Below, piece by piece: positions 25,087 through 32,000 of a DNA stretch of 32,000 nucleotides. Position numbers and translations under genes: made by a program. The stretch comes from Candidatus Saccharimonadota bacterium (GTDB taxonomy: Bacteria; Patescibacteriota; Microgenomatia; UBA1406; GWC2-37-13). The stretch is from contig MGBH01000001.1 of the NCBI GenBank assembly GCA_001790095.1, positions 990,001-1,022,000 of the forward strand, read 5' to 3'. Each line of letters starts with the position of its first letter. Positions within the stretch are counted from its first letter, which is position 1. The notes below the pieces were generated by a model. The model saw only the letters and a list, made by a program, of their open reading frames with translations. It made no database searches and was not told where the DNA came from.

Positions 25087-26352
25087 ATGCATATAATATT
25101 TCTACTTTTAATCCTTGTTCTTAAACTTCCCTCATTTTACTTTCTGCCTTCCTCATCTTCCCTATTTACAAGCCACTCCCTAGTAAAAATAGGGGTCGTG
25201 CTTATTGCTATGTATATGTTGTACGATGAAAAAATTCGAAGAGCGGCAGGGCGAGCAGTTTTGTCAAACATGCCAATTATCCTTTTCTTGTTTTCGCAAT
25301 CAATCTCAGTCATATGTGCGAAAGATGTTGGATTGTTTTGGAAAAGTTACCATAATTTACTTATCAGCATCCTTATCTTTTTTAAGGCTGCGCTGTTGTT
25401 TGGAAAAAGAAGAAATCTTATTGTCCGTTTTTTATTTTTAGTTGCCATTATAACGACAGGGCTTGAAGTGGCTCTATATCTTGTCCCCAAAGATCTATTC
25501 AGACTCTTGCCTTTTCAGAGCGAAATCCTTGATGCCTTTATCGTTAATCTTGACCGCAACAGATTTTCATTTGAGTCTCATAATGAATTTTTACTTCTTG
25601 TTTTGTTGTTTGTTTCTTTTACTTCCTTGTCCAAAAAAAGGAGATTCGTTGGCCTGATCATAAGCGTAGTATTGATCGCTTTATCGTTTTATTCATCAAA
25701 TCGCACTCGACTCATTTCGCTTATGGGTGCGTTGATATTTTTTATAGTTTCTTTTTTCCATCTTCGTTTCATAAATCATAAGGGAAGATCTGCTAATATT
25801 GTCTTTACTCTTATAGCTGCTTTTGTCTTTGTATTTATTCTATTTCCTCCAAGAGCAATGTTTGAAAGAATTTTTGCTCCCTCTGAGTCCTCTGATTATG
25901 AAACGATTATTTTCCGTATCGATTCGATCAAACACTCTGCTTTACTTCTTCAATCTTCTCCCTTGCTGGGGGTTGGTCTTGGAAACTACCCCCTATATCC
26001 AGCAATACATAGATATGTCCCACCATATGAATTTGGCAAATCAGCTCAAAACAGATATGACAAAGCTGTTCCAGCCTCACCACACAATATATTTGCTCAA
26101 GTTGGTGCTGAGACAGGAATTGTTGGTTTGGGATCGTTTGTTTTCCTCATTTTCTGGTTTATCAGAAAAGACGTAGAGATGTGGCGAAAAGGTAAAGACA
26201 TAAAGATGGTGCTTTCGTTTTGTTCGTGGATTATATTCTTAACTTTTCTTTTCAACCCATCTCATACACTGTATATATCTGGATGGTTTTGGTTTTTAAG
26301 AGGAGTTATTTATTCTAAAAATCATTCAATCCCCTTGATCACAAAATCATAG
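25087..26352 (+). CDS. O-antigen ligase family (Wzy_C domain) membrane protein; PglL/WaaL-like
   Basis: 421 aa, polytopic. 'YSSNRTRLISLMGA', 'GVGLGNY' and 'SPHNIFAQVGAETGIVGLGSFVFLIFWF' match the Wzy_C signature well. TGTATAAT lies at 25063-25070 upstream. Confidence 0.7.
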   Translation: MHIIFLLLILVLKLPSFYFLPSSSSLFTSHSLVKIGVVLIAMYMLYDEKIRRAAGRAVLSNMPIILFLFSQSISVICAKDVGLFWKSYHNLLISILIFFKAALLFGKRRNLIVRFLFLVAIITTGLEVALYLVPKDLFRLLPFQSEILDAFIVNLDRNRFSFESHNEFLLLVLLFVSFTSLSKKRRFVGLIISVVLIALSFYSSNRTRLISLMGALIFFIVSFFHLRFINHKGRSANIVFTLIAAFVFVFILFPPRAMFERIFAPSESSDYETIIFRIDSIKHSALLLQSSPLLGVGLGNYPLYPAIHRYVPPYEFGKSAQNRYDKAVPASPHNIFAQVGAETGIVGLGSFVFLIFWFIRKDVEMWRKGKDIKMVLSFCSWIIFLTFLFNPSHTLYISGWFWFLRGVIYSKNHSIPLITKS

Positions 26353-27203
26353 AAAGAGTAGTGTGGGGTAGTGATAGTCAGGTATTTTCCCGGAATCAGT
26401 GTCTGCTCTTGGGCAAAGATAAGATTGCCGTCTTTTTGCTCCACCATAACCTTGGCTTTTACGGTGATGCTTATTCTTTGGGATGAAACAGAGGGGTCAA
26501 TAAAACGACCCTGCTCGACAGCAAAAGCCTGCGTATCGTCCCCCACGGCTTTTTCAGTAATTTTAAATACCGCATCTGTACCATCAAAATAGGTATCTCC
26601 CACACGTATGCTTTCATACTCCCACGGATGGGCATATTTTTTTTCTAAAGTAACTGTTTTGTGTTCGTAAACCTCACGAAAAGGAACCGTATCTATCTGC
26701 GTAACCGTGCCGCTTATAAAAGATGATGAAAGATCCAACTCAATCGGCATCCCCACACTTATGGGAGATCTTTTAAAACTATAGCTTCCGGATCTTCCCA
26801 TGCTTGTCACTTTGAGACGGGTTGTGATATATACATCAAACTGGTTGGTGATTCCGTTTATTGATCCCCATGGATAATAACGCACCGACAAAATCTCTGC
26901 AACTGGTTTGCCAATTATGTCTTTCTCGAGAACATTATTTTTTATAGCTTTGACAAACCAGACAGGAGCTTTTGCAGTTGAAGCCCACCACATACCCTGT
27001 CCAAGCTTGACTCTTGCATATATATAGGTTGGCTTTGTCACAAACAGTTTATATAGAGAAACTAATCCTACAGACAGTATGCAAAGGATAAAGATCCCAA
27101 CGATATAGTTTTTGTAAAATAAATGAAGAAGTTTCTTAATAGCTCTTTTGTTCCTTTTTGTCTTCATATGCGTATAATATAGCAAATGAAACACAAATCT
27201 CAA
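26322..27203 (-). CDS. membrane-anchored hypothetical protein
   Basis: 293-aa track ORF. The likely start is ATG 27167 (MKTKRNKRAIKK...). Single TM 'IVGIFILCILSVGLVSLYKLF', followed by a beta-rich extracytoplasmic region. No family recognised with confidence. Confidence 0.5.
   Translation of the reverse strand: MRFVFHLLYYTHMKTKRNKRAIKKLLHLFYKNYIVGIFILCILSVGLVSLYKLFVTKPTYIYARVKLGQGMWWASTAKAPVWFVKAIKNNVLEKDIIGKPVAEILSVRYYPWGSINGITNQFDVYITTRLKVTSMGRSGSYSFKRSPISVGMPIELDLSSSFISGTVTQIDTVPFREVYEHKTVTLEKKYAHPWEYESIRVGDTYFDGTDAVFKITEKAVGDDTQAFAVEQGRFIDPSVSSQRISITVKAKVMVEQKDGNLIFAQEQTLIPGKYLTITTPHYSFYDFVIKGIE
27173..27179. promoter_or_regulatory. overlapping divergent -10 boxes (TATAAT on +, TATTAT on -) in an 18-bp divergent gap
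   Basis: Plus strand: TATAAT at 27173-27178, 7 nt before ATG 27186. Minus strand: TATTAT at 27179..27174, 6 nt before ATG 27167. Confidence 0.35.
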
Positions 27204-28013
27204 ACCCTATTGCCTCAATCTGAAGTGATACTTTTTATTGCTGGGTTTTATATCAGGATTATTTTTGAACCATTTGAATTCCTATACGGCCAACAACAGT
27301 TTATGAAAGACTTTCTCACTATGTATGCAGGATTCATCATCAAAGGACCCATACCAAAAACTGATTATTTACTTCGAATTATTCATGCAAAAAACTTGAT
27401 TACATTATTCCGTAAGAAGGAAAACCTAGAGTTTATTTTATATGTAAAAAATATGAAAGAAAATCGCTGTACTACTTTTCATCATATAAGCTCCTCTCAA
27501 CTTCAAACACTTTTTAGAAAAATCCTTCTTGCTCTTTTGGCAAAACATGACGGGTTCCTTTTACATACGTCTGCGGTAAAGATTAATCGCTTAGCATATC
27601 TTTTTTTGGGAAAGCCTTATGCTGGCAAATCAACCTCAATGAAGCTCCTAAAAAGTAGTTATCCGCCTCTTGCTGATGATACGGGATTTATAAGGAAAAT
27701 AAACAATGATTATCTTTTCTTTCAAACTCCTTTTGTTGAAAAAGAGCATTGGATAAAAAAAGGATGGCGAGGGCTTGCTTTAGGGAAACTGTGTTTCTTG
27801 CGCAAATCCAAATCCTTTCATCTGAAAAAGATTGCTGATAAACATGATGTTTTACATCTGTTAATGCGGCAATTTTTTACTGAACAAGAGCATGCAAAAA
27901 AACAGACAGACTACCTTTTTGACTTTGTAAAAGGGTTTGATGAGTTTTATATACTTTCTTTTGCGAAAGATAAAAGAAAATTTATTGAATTTATGACCAC
28001 TCATGCGATATAA
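27186..28013 (+). CDS. HPr-kinase-C-terminal-domain-like P-loop protein (HprK-related kinase)
   Basis: 275 aa. 'FLLHTSAVKINRLAYLFLGKPYAGKSTSMKLLKSSYPPLADDTGFI' parallels the HprK/P core (hG..v...g.gvLi.G.SG.GKSe.al.L...g..LvaDD.v.i). The stop overlaps the PqqD-like start by 11 nt. Confidence 0.6.
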   Translation: MKHKSQTLLPQSEVILFIAGFYIRIIFEPFEFLYGQQQFMKDFLTMYAGFIIKGPIPKTDYLLRIIHAKNLITLFRKKENLEFILYVKNMKENRCTTFHHISSSQLQTLFRKILLALLAKHDGFLLHTSAVKINRLAYLFLGKPYAGKSTSMKLLKSSYPPLADDTGFIRKINNDYLFFQTPFVEKEHWIKKGWRGLALGKLCFLRKSKSFHLKKIADKHDVLHLLMRQFFTEQEHAKKQTDYLFDFVKGFDEFYILSFAKDKRKFIEFMTTHAI

Positions 28014-28266
28014 AATAGAAAAGGGTTTAATTGCACAACGCACAACAAAAAGGATGACTGTCTTTGACTCAAAAAATTTAACTTTTTTTACCTTCAATGA
28101 AACCGCTCTTTATATTTTTAATTGCCTTAAAAGGGGGTTTGATGACAAAGAATTGGTAAAACGAATGATGAAACGCTATCAGATAGATAAAATACAGGCT
28201 GAGAAGGATTTAGAAGAATTTATACAGCTCTTGAAAAAGGAAAAAATCGTCTCACTAAAGAAATAA
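28003..28266 (+). CDS. PqqD-family protein (RiPP recognition element, RRE)
   Basis: 87 aa. 'TVFDSKNLTFFTFNETALYIFNCLKRGFDDKELVKRMMKRYQIDKIQAEKDLEEFIQLLKKEKIV' fits the PqqD pattern (..LN.ta..iw.l.dG..t..el...l...y.v....a..D...fl..L...gli). Confidence 0.8.
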   Translation: MRYKIEKGLIAQRTTKRMTVFDSKNLTFFTFNETALYIFNCLKRGFDDKELVKRMMKRYQIDKIQAEKDLEEFIQLLKKEKIVSLKK

Positions 28267-29485
28267 GAATGACCCGTATATTTTGGAATATCACCCAATA
28301 TGCAGCATAAATAACTTGCGGATCCGCAAAGATTTGCACCTTTTTGCTCCAATGGTTTGGTGATAGGTGATACAGATACATAAACCTTTCTATACCAGCT
28401 TTGATTCGTGTTTGATCATCAAATACTACTGTGTGCAAAATCTTTTTATTAAAATATATTTTGTACTGCTTTTCTATAGGAATTCCTTTTATGAGAGAAC
28501 TTAAAAAAGGGGCCGTTTCGGGAAAATATTTTTTAAGTAGAAGAAAAGTAGCATATATATAGTTTTGCATTCTCAGTGTTTTAATTTTTTCTTGTATTGA
28601 ATGAACGTATCGCTCGCTTTTTTTACTTCTAACTATTTTACGTAATAACTCTAGTCGAAAAACTCCTCTATAGTTATGGTGAAAAAAGTGAAGTGCAAGA
28701 TAGATAATAAGATTTTCGGTAGAAAGGATGGGAATCGAATACTCCTGAATTATTATGGTCCTTTTTTCATTGAGACACATATCAGTAAATACGTCTATGA
28801 GGCTCTGTGGATATAGATTTTCAGATCGACTAAGTTGCGTCATCATAAACACTGCCTCTCTATGAAGATCAAATACTACGAACATTCCGTTGATGATTTT
28901 ATAATATGCGTTTTCTACTGTTTTACCTTGGAGTTTTTTCTGGGTTTGAGAGAGCGCTGTGTCTGATTTTTTATATCCTGTACTTAACAGGACCTCTTCT
29001 GCTTTTAAAAAATCTTCTTTTTTTACCAAAAAATCACAGTCCATATATATCCTTTGAGGGTGGGTTTTTTCAAAGTGTAGATGAAGAGGTAGCCCTTTAA
29101 GGATTACAAACTCTATTTTTTCTTTTTTGAATTTTTCCGCAAGGATCACTATTTGCTGGAAATAGAGAGTTGATTGTACAAGATAAAGGTCTTGAATTTG
29201 GACAATCTCTCCGTTTCTTTTTATGCTTTTAACTTTTGCAACCACTTGATCTGCTCTTATCTTTCCATCTGACTTGAGATTGTTGTCGCCTTTGGTAATA
29301 AGGTATTTCTTATGTCTGTCTTTGTATATAACCCTATGGGCAAAAAGAGTTGCTTGTTTTCTTGTGATTAGTATGTCGTTTATTTTGATATTGATTTTTT
29401 CCCGAGGGTCATAGAAGATAGTATCTTTAGTTTTAATAAGAGGATACATGCTCATACCTAACGAGCGTATGGATGATAGGGTCAT
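28220..29485 (-). CDS. fusion protein: SipW/Sec11-type (S26B) signal-peptidase-like domain + 'uncharacterised nucleotidyltransferase' (NTP_transf_5-like) domain
   Basis: 421 aa. N-terminal ~100 aa carry 'GMSMYPLIKTKD', 'AHRVIYKD' and 'ITKGDNNLKSDG', the S26B Ser/His signature order, with no preceding TM segment. The remainder has 'VILKGLPLHLHF..PQRIYMDCDFLV', typical of the nucleotidyltransferase family (KG...R..DiDlLV). Confidence 0.6.
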   Translation of the reverse strand: MTLSSIRSLGMSMYPLIKTKDTIFYDPREKINIKINDILITRKQATLFAHRVIYKDRHKKYLITKGDNNLKSDGKIRADQVVAKVKSIKRNGEIVQIQDLYLVQSTLYFQQIVILAEKFKKEKIEFVILKGLPLHLHFEKTHPQRIYMDCDFLVKKEDFLKAEEVLLSTGYKKSDTALSQTQKKLQGKTVENAYYKIINGMFVVFDLHREAVFMMTQLSRSENLYPQSLIDVFTDMCLNEKRTIIIQEYSIPILSTENLIIYLALHFFHHNYRGVFRLELLRKIVRSKKSERYVHSIQEKIKTLRMQNYIYATFLLLKKYFPETAPFLSSLIKGIPIEKQYKIYFNKKILHTVVFDDQTRIKAGIERFMYLYHLSPNHWSKKVQIFADPQVIYAAYWVIFQNIRVILISLVRRFFPFSRAV

Positions 29486-29501
29486 TTATTTTGTATGCGA
29501 A

Positions 29502-29678
29502 CTACTCTGAACATAATGATCCAAAACAATAAGTCCCCGAACAACAAGATGTTGTACCCCCCCCACAGTTACACGCAGCAAGTAGTTCTTCTGAATTTAA
29601 AGAAAACCTTCTCGTAAGAAATAAAGTGGAAGCAGATTTCTTTTTTATTATTGGTTTATAATATCTATGTTTTTTCAT
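29502..29678 (-). CDS. unlisted 58-aa ORF: candidate RiPP precursor (basic leader + 6-Cys Gly/Ser/Thr-rich core)
   Basis: Manual translation: MKKHRYYKPIIKKKSASTLFLTRRFSLNSEELLAACNCGGGTTSCCSGTYCFGSLCSE*. ATG at 29678..29676 overlaps the TGA stop of the upstream gene (ATGA overlap). Stop TAG at 29504..29502, 16 nt before the peptidase/NTase fusion gene. Below the apparent ~60-aa floor of the ORF track. Confidence 0.55.
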   Translation of the reverse strand: MKKHRYYKPIIKKKSASTLFLTRRFSLNSEELLAACNCGGGTTSCCSGTYCFGSLCSE

Positions 29679-30271
29679 CGATCAACAGTAATTATTATCT
29701 TTACAATAGCCTGCGTAATGGTAGGATCCTCAAACGGGTTCTCCTCAGTAGTAATGGTAATATGATCATCTTCTTTAATGGTAGAAGCATCAATTTGCTC
29801 TCCCTTCCCGTTTTGGACAGTGAATTTACTATCTTTTGCATAATAATACCGTGTTGAGGTTTTGCCATCTTCATACACTAAATTAAAAGCAATCTCATAC
29901 GCCTTCCCATTCTTTGTCTTTCCTTGAACAGATAGATCTTTCGCCCGACCCTTTTCCTCAAATAAAAGACGAGCTGTTCGCCCTGTTGAGGCGTTGTACT
30001 TTGAGAGCATAGTAATATATTTTGGATGTATTGCGCCGAGTTTTTTGTTTGGAAAAGGAGTCAAATAAGTTTGACACACATAGCTGTTTGGGTCTTTGTT
30101 TAGATATCCTTTTGTTTCTTCAGTTTTTGCAGGTAACGTTATGGTCTTTGTAGAGGTATAATAATACCATCCCACCTCACCGAGTGTAATAGTAAGAAGT
30201 ATAAAGAAGACGACAAGAAGGATTTTGTTTACGTTTCCCATATGTTTTAAGTGTAGGGCCGAGAGGGGCAA
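29675..30271 (-). CDS. membrane-anchored hypothetical protein
   Basis: 198-aa track ORF that starts at TTG. The likely start is ATG 30241 (MGNVNKILLVVFFILLTITL...). Single N-terminal TM. No family recognised. Confidence 0.5.
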   Translation of the reverse strand: MPLSALHLKHMGNVNKILLVVFFILLTITLGEVGWYYYTSTKTITLPAKTEETKGYLNKDPNSYVCQTYLTPFPNKKLGAIHPKYITMLSKYNASTGRTARLLFEEKGRAKDLSVQGKTKNGKAYEIAFNLVYEDGKTSTRYYYAKDSKFTVQNGKGEQIDASTIKEDDHITITTEENPFEDPTITQAIVKIIITVDR

Positions 30272-30281
30272 AAGTCAATCA

Positions 30282-31991
30282 TTATTCGCCCCTTTCAAAA
30301 TACGCCTTTAATATGTCTTTCGCAATTGGAGCCGCTATATCAGACCCCTGCCCCCCCTCCTCAACCAATACCGTCAACATTATCTCAGGATTGTCATAGG
30401 GCGCAAACACCGTAAACCAAGCATGGGGAGCGCCTGATTTGGCGTGGGATTCAGCCGTCCCTGTTTTGCAACCGGTCTGAATAGATTTATAAAAGGCGGG
30501 GTTGCGATCTAAAGATGCTTCAACCGATGCTTTTTTATCATCGGGTGTCTCTTGTAATTTTTTCATGCGCATCTCTGTATTTTTAACCTTAAAATCAAAC
30601 AAAGGCCATCCCGTACCTCCTGGTTCACAGGCTTGCTTCATGCCTTCTTTTACAATATTTTGTGTTTCTTTTGAGATATCAAGAGTCTGACAGCTGGGTT
30701 TTTCACCCTTGAGTAGCTTTGGTTGGCATAGTTTTCCCCCATTGGCAAACGGCAGCGCTCCTTGTGCTATTTGAATGGGTGACAATAGCGTATAACCTTG
30801 ACCAATGGAGTAGTTATATGTATCTCCTAAATACCATTTTTCATGTAGGGTCTCTTCTTTCCAAAAAGGAGAAGGAAGTACTCCTTCTGCCTCATCAATC
30901 CACACGTGTGTCTGTTTGCCTAAGCCAAAAATCCCCGCCCATTTTTTTATCCCCTCAGCCCCCAAGGCTTCACCTGCTTTGTAAAAGTAGATGTCGTTTG
31001 ATCTTCTCAAGGCTTTTGTAATGTCTACAAGTCCTTCTGTTTTGCCATATTGGAGAAAATACCAATTTCCAAATGATAATGGACCCGCTTTTATTGTCCC
31101 TGTGTCTTCTATAATTGTTTTGCTTGTTATTTTTTTCTCCTCAAGTGCGCCCGTTGCTACAAAGAGCTTAAAAAGCGAGCCGGGAGGATATGACCCTTCA
31201 GCAACTCGATTGAAAAGGGGCTTCTCCTCATCCTTGAAATATGACTCAACGCCCCGGTCTCCATCTTCAAACTTCTGCGGGTCATAAGAGGGGGAAGACA
31301 CAAATACCAAGACCTCACCCGTTGCCGGCACAAGCCCAACCACCGCAGCTTTTGTTTTTTTTATCGCTTCGTATGCTTTCTTTTGCAGATCAAGATCAAT
31401 TGCAAGGCGTACTGTTACGCCGTCTTTTGGAGGGATAACAGACAATGTTTTAAGAGATTTCCCCTTTGCATCAACCTCGGTAAGTTTCTTTCCCGGTACT
31501 CCCCGCAGGTCGCAGTCATACATTTTCTCTATTCCTTTTTTTCCTACACGATCTCCAAGCCGTAGTTTGTTTACACAGTTGTCATTTTGTATATTTTCTT
31601 TGTCTGCAAGCTGACGGTATCCGACCAAATGCGCCACCTCCTCCCTTATAAGATAGGTACGTTTTGACTCTATCCTTTCCTCTTTAGAGTCTATGTTTCC
31701 TTCTTTGTTTTCGGCCAAAACAAATCCTTTTCTGTCAAGGATTGTACCTCGTTTTGGTTCTATGACGATCTCCTTTATTCTATTTTCCTCAGAAAGTCTT
31801 CTGTAATAAGAACCTGAGACAACAGTCAACTGAAAAAGCCGTAGTCCCAAGACAAGAAAAGAAAAACATATGATAAATAAAAAAATATAAAGGTAGACGG
31901 CGTTATGAATCTGTGTTGCCCGGCCAAAATTGATATTGGCCCTATGGGCTGACTGATCTGTATGAATTCTTCTTGGGAAAAGGCGTTTCAT
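30282..31991 (-). CDS. mrdA: penicillin-binding protein 2 (peptidoglycan D,D-transpeptidase)
   Basis: 569 aa. N-terminal TM, then 'YYRRLSEENRIKE..KRGTILDRKG'. Transpeptidase motifs SxxK ('GSLFK'), SxN ('RSNDIYF') and KTG ('CKTGTAE'). Confidence 0.85.
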   Translation of the reverse strand: MKRLFPRRIHTDQSAHRANINFGRATQIHNAVYLYIFLFIICFSFLVLGLRLFQLTVVSGSYYRRLSEENRIKEIVIEPKRGTILDRKGFVLAENKEGNIDSKEERIESKRTYLIREEVAHLVGYRQLADKENIQNDNCVNKLRLGDRVGKKGIEKMYDCDLRGVPGKKLTEVDAKGKSLKTLSVIPPKDGVTVRLAIDLDLQKKAYEAIKKTKAAVVGLVPATGEVLVFVSSPSYDPQKFEDGDRGVESYFKDEEKPLFNRVAEGSYPPGSLFKLFVATGALEEKKITSKTIIEDTGTIKAGPLSFGNWYFLQYGKTEGLVDITKALRRSNDIYFYKAGEALGAEGIKKWAGIFGLGKQTHVWIDEAEGVLPSPFWKEETLHEKWYLGDTYNYSIGQGYTLLSPIQIAQGALPFANGGKLCQPKLLKGEKPSCQTLDISKETQNIVKEGMKQACEPGGTGWPLFDFKVKNTEMRMKKLQETPDDKKASVEASLDRNPAFYKSIQTGCKTGTAESHAKSGAPHAWFTVFAPYDNPEIMLTVLVEEGGQGSDIAAPIAKDILKAYFERGE

Positions 31992-32000
31992 TTTTTTACT

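Noticed and set aside
25205-26176. Three alternative-frame plus-strand ORFs (25205..25441, 25463..25657, 25823..26176)
   Set aside because: They are nested in other frames of the 421-aa Wzy_C gene, whose frame carries the family motifs.
27186-29678. Classification of the cassette as a lasso-peptide cluster (because of PqqD + HPr-kinase-like genes) or as a lanthipeptide cluster (because of the Cys/Ser/Thr core)
   Set aside because: The window contains no asparagine-synthetase-like lasso cyclase or transglutaminase-like leader protease. It also has no LanB/LanM/LanKC/LanL-type enzyme. Both labels would be unsupported, so the class is left open.
1-32000. Alternative genetic code (UGA recoding, as in some CPR lineages)
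   Set aside because: Conserved genes (pgk, gap, fbp, fba, PBP2) are full length with no in-frame TGA. TGA also serves as a stop, for example at 29677..29675.

Overview
AT-rich, gene-dense bacterial window using the standard genetic code. TGA acts as a stop, and pgk, gap, fbp, fba and PBP2 are all full length. The gene content and style suggest a small-genome Patescibacteria/CPR-like organism, but that is inference only.

Layout, left to right:
- (1) A GT-C (PMT/ArnT-like) membrane glycosyltransferase fused to a DUF192 domain. Its reading frame is interrupted in frame by three heptamer-based repeat blocks, two of them palindromic.
- (2) A long minus-strand array: fba, fbp, gap, pgk, then a secreted GH5-like hydrolase, a Cys-rich secreted protein and an HExxH lipoprotein.
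- (3) A HIT-family gene.
- (4) A surface-protein block:
  - a PilX-N-like protein;
  - a 1191-aa Cys-rich and Pro/Thr-repeat protein carrying a thrombospondin-type-1-like motif;
  - two proteins that share a C-terminal domain with a 399-bp perfectly identical DNA core, flanking an O-antigen-ligase-like gene;
  - a promoter with canonical TTGACA-17-GATAAT geometry.
- (5) A highly diverged, full-architecture SecA-like protein (1141 aa). It overlaps a GT4 glycosyltransferase gene and sits divergent from a second Wzy_C/O-antigen-ligase-like gene.
- (6) A compact RiPP-like cassette:
  - an HPr-kinase-like P-loop protein;
  - a PqqD/RRE protein;
  - a fusion of a SipW/Sec11-type signal-peptidase-like domain to an 'uncharacterised nucleotidyltransferase' domain;
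  - directly upstream of the fusion gene, an unlisted 58-codon ORF encoding a leader plus a 6-Cys core peptide.
- (7) PBP2.

Other structure:
- An 83-bp double-hairpin element occurs twice in inverted orientation (82/83 identical), bracketing the gap-fbp-fba-HIT-pilX segment.
- Heptamer-repeat hairpins sit as candidate terminators in two intergenic gaps.
- A -10-like hexamer lies 6-7 nt upstream of many start codons, which suggests leaderless mRNAs.

The best candidates for an undescribed system are the RiPP-like cassette and the SecA-like/glycosylation/surface-protein block. All family calls rest on motif recognition by eye. No searches were run.
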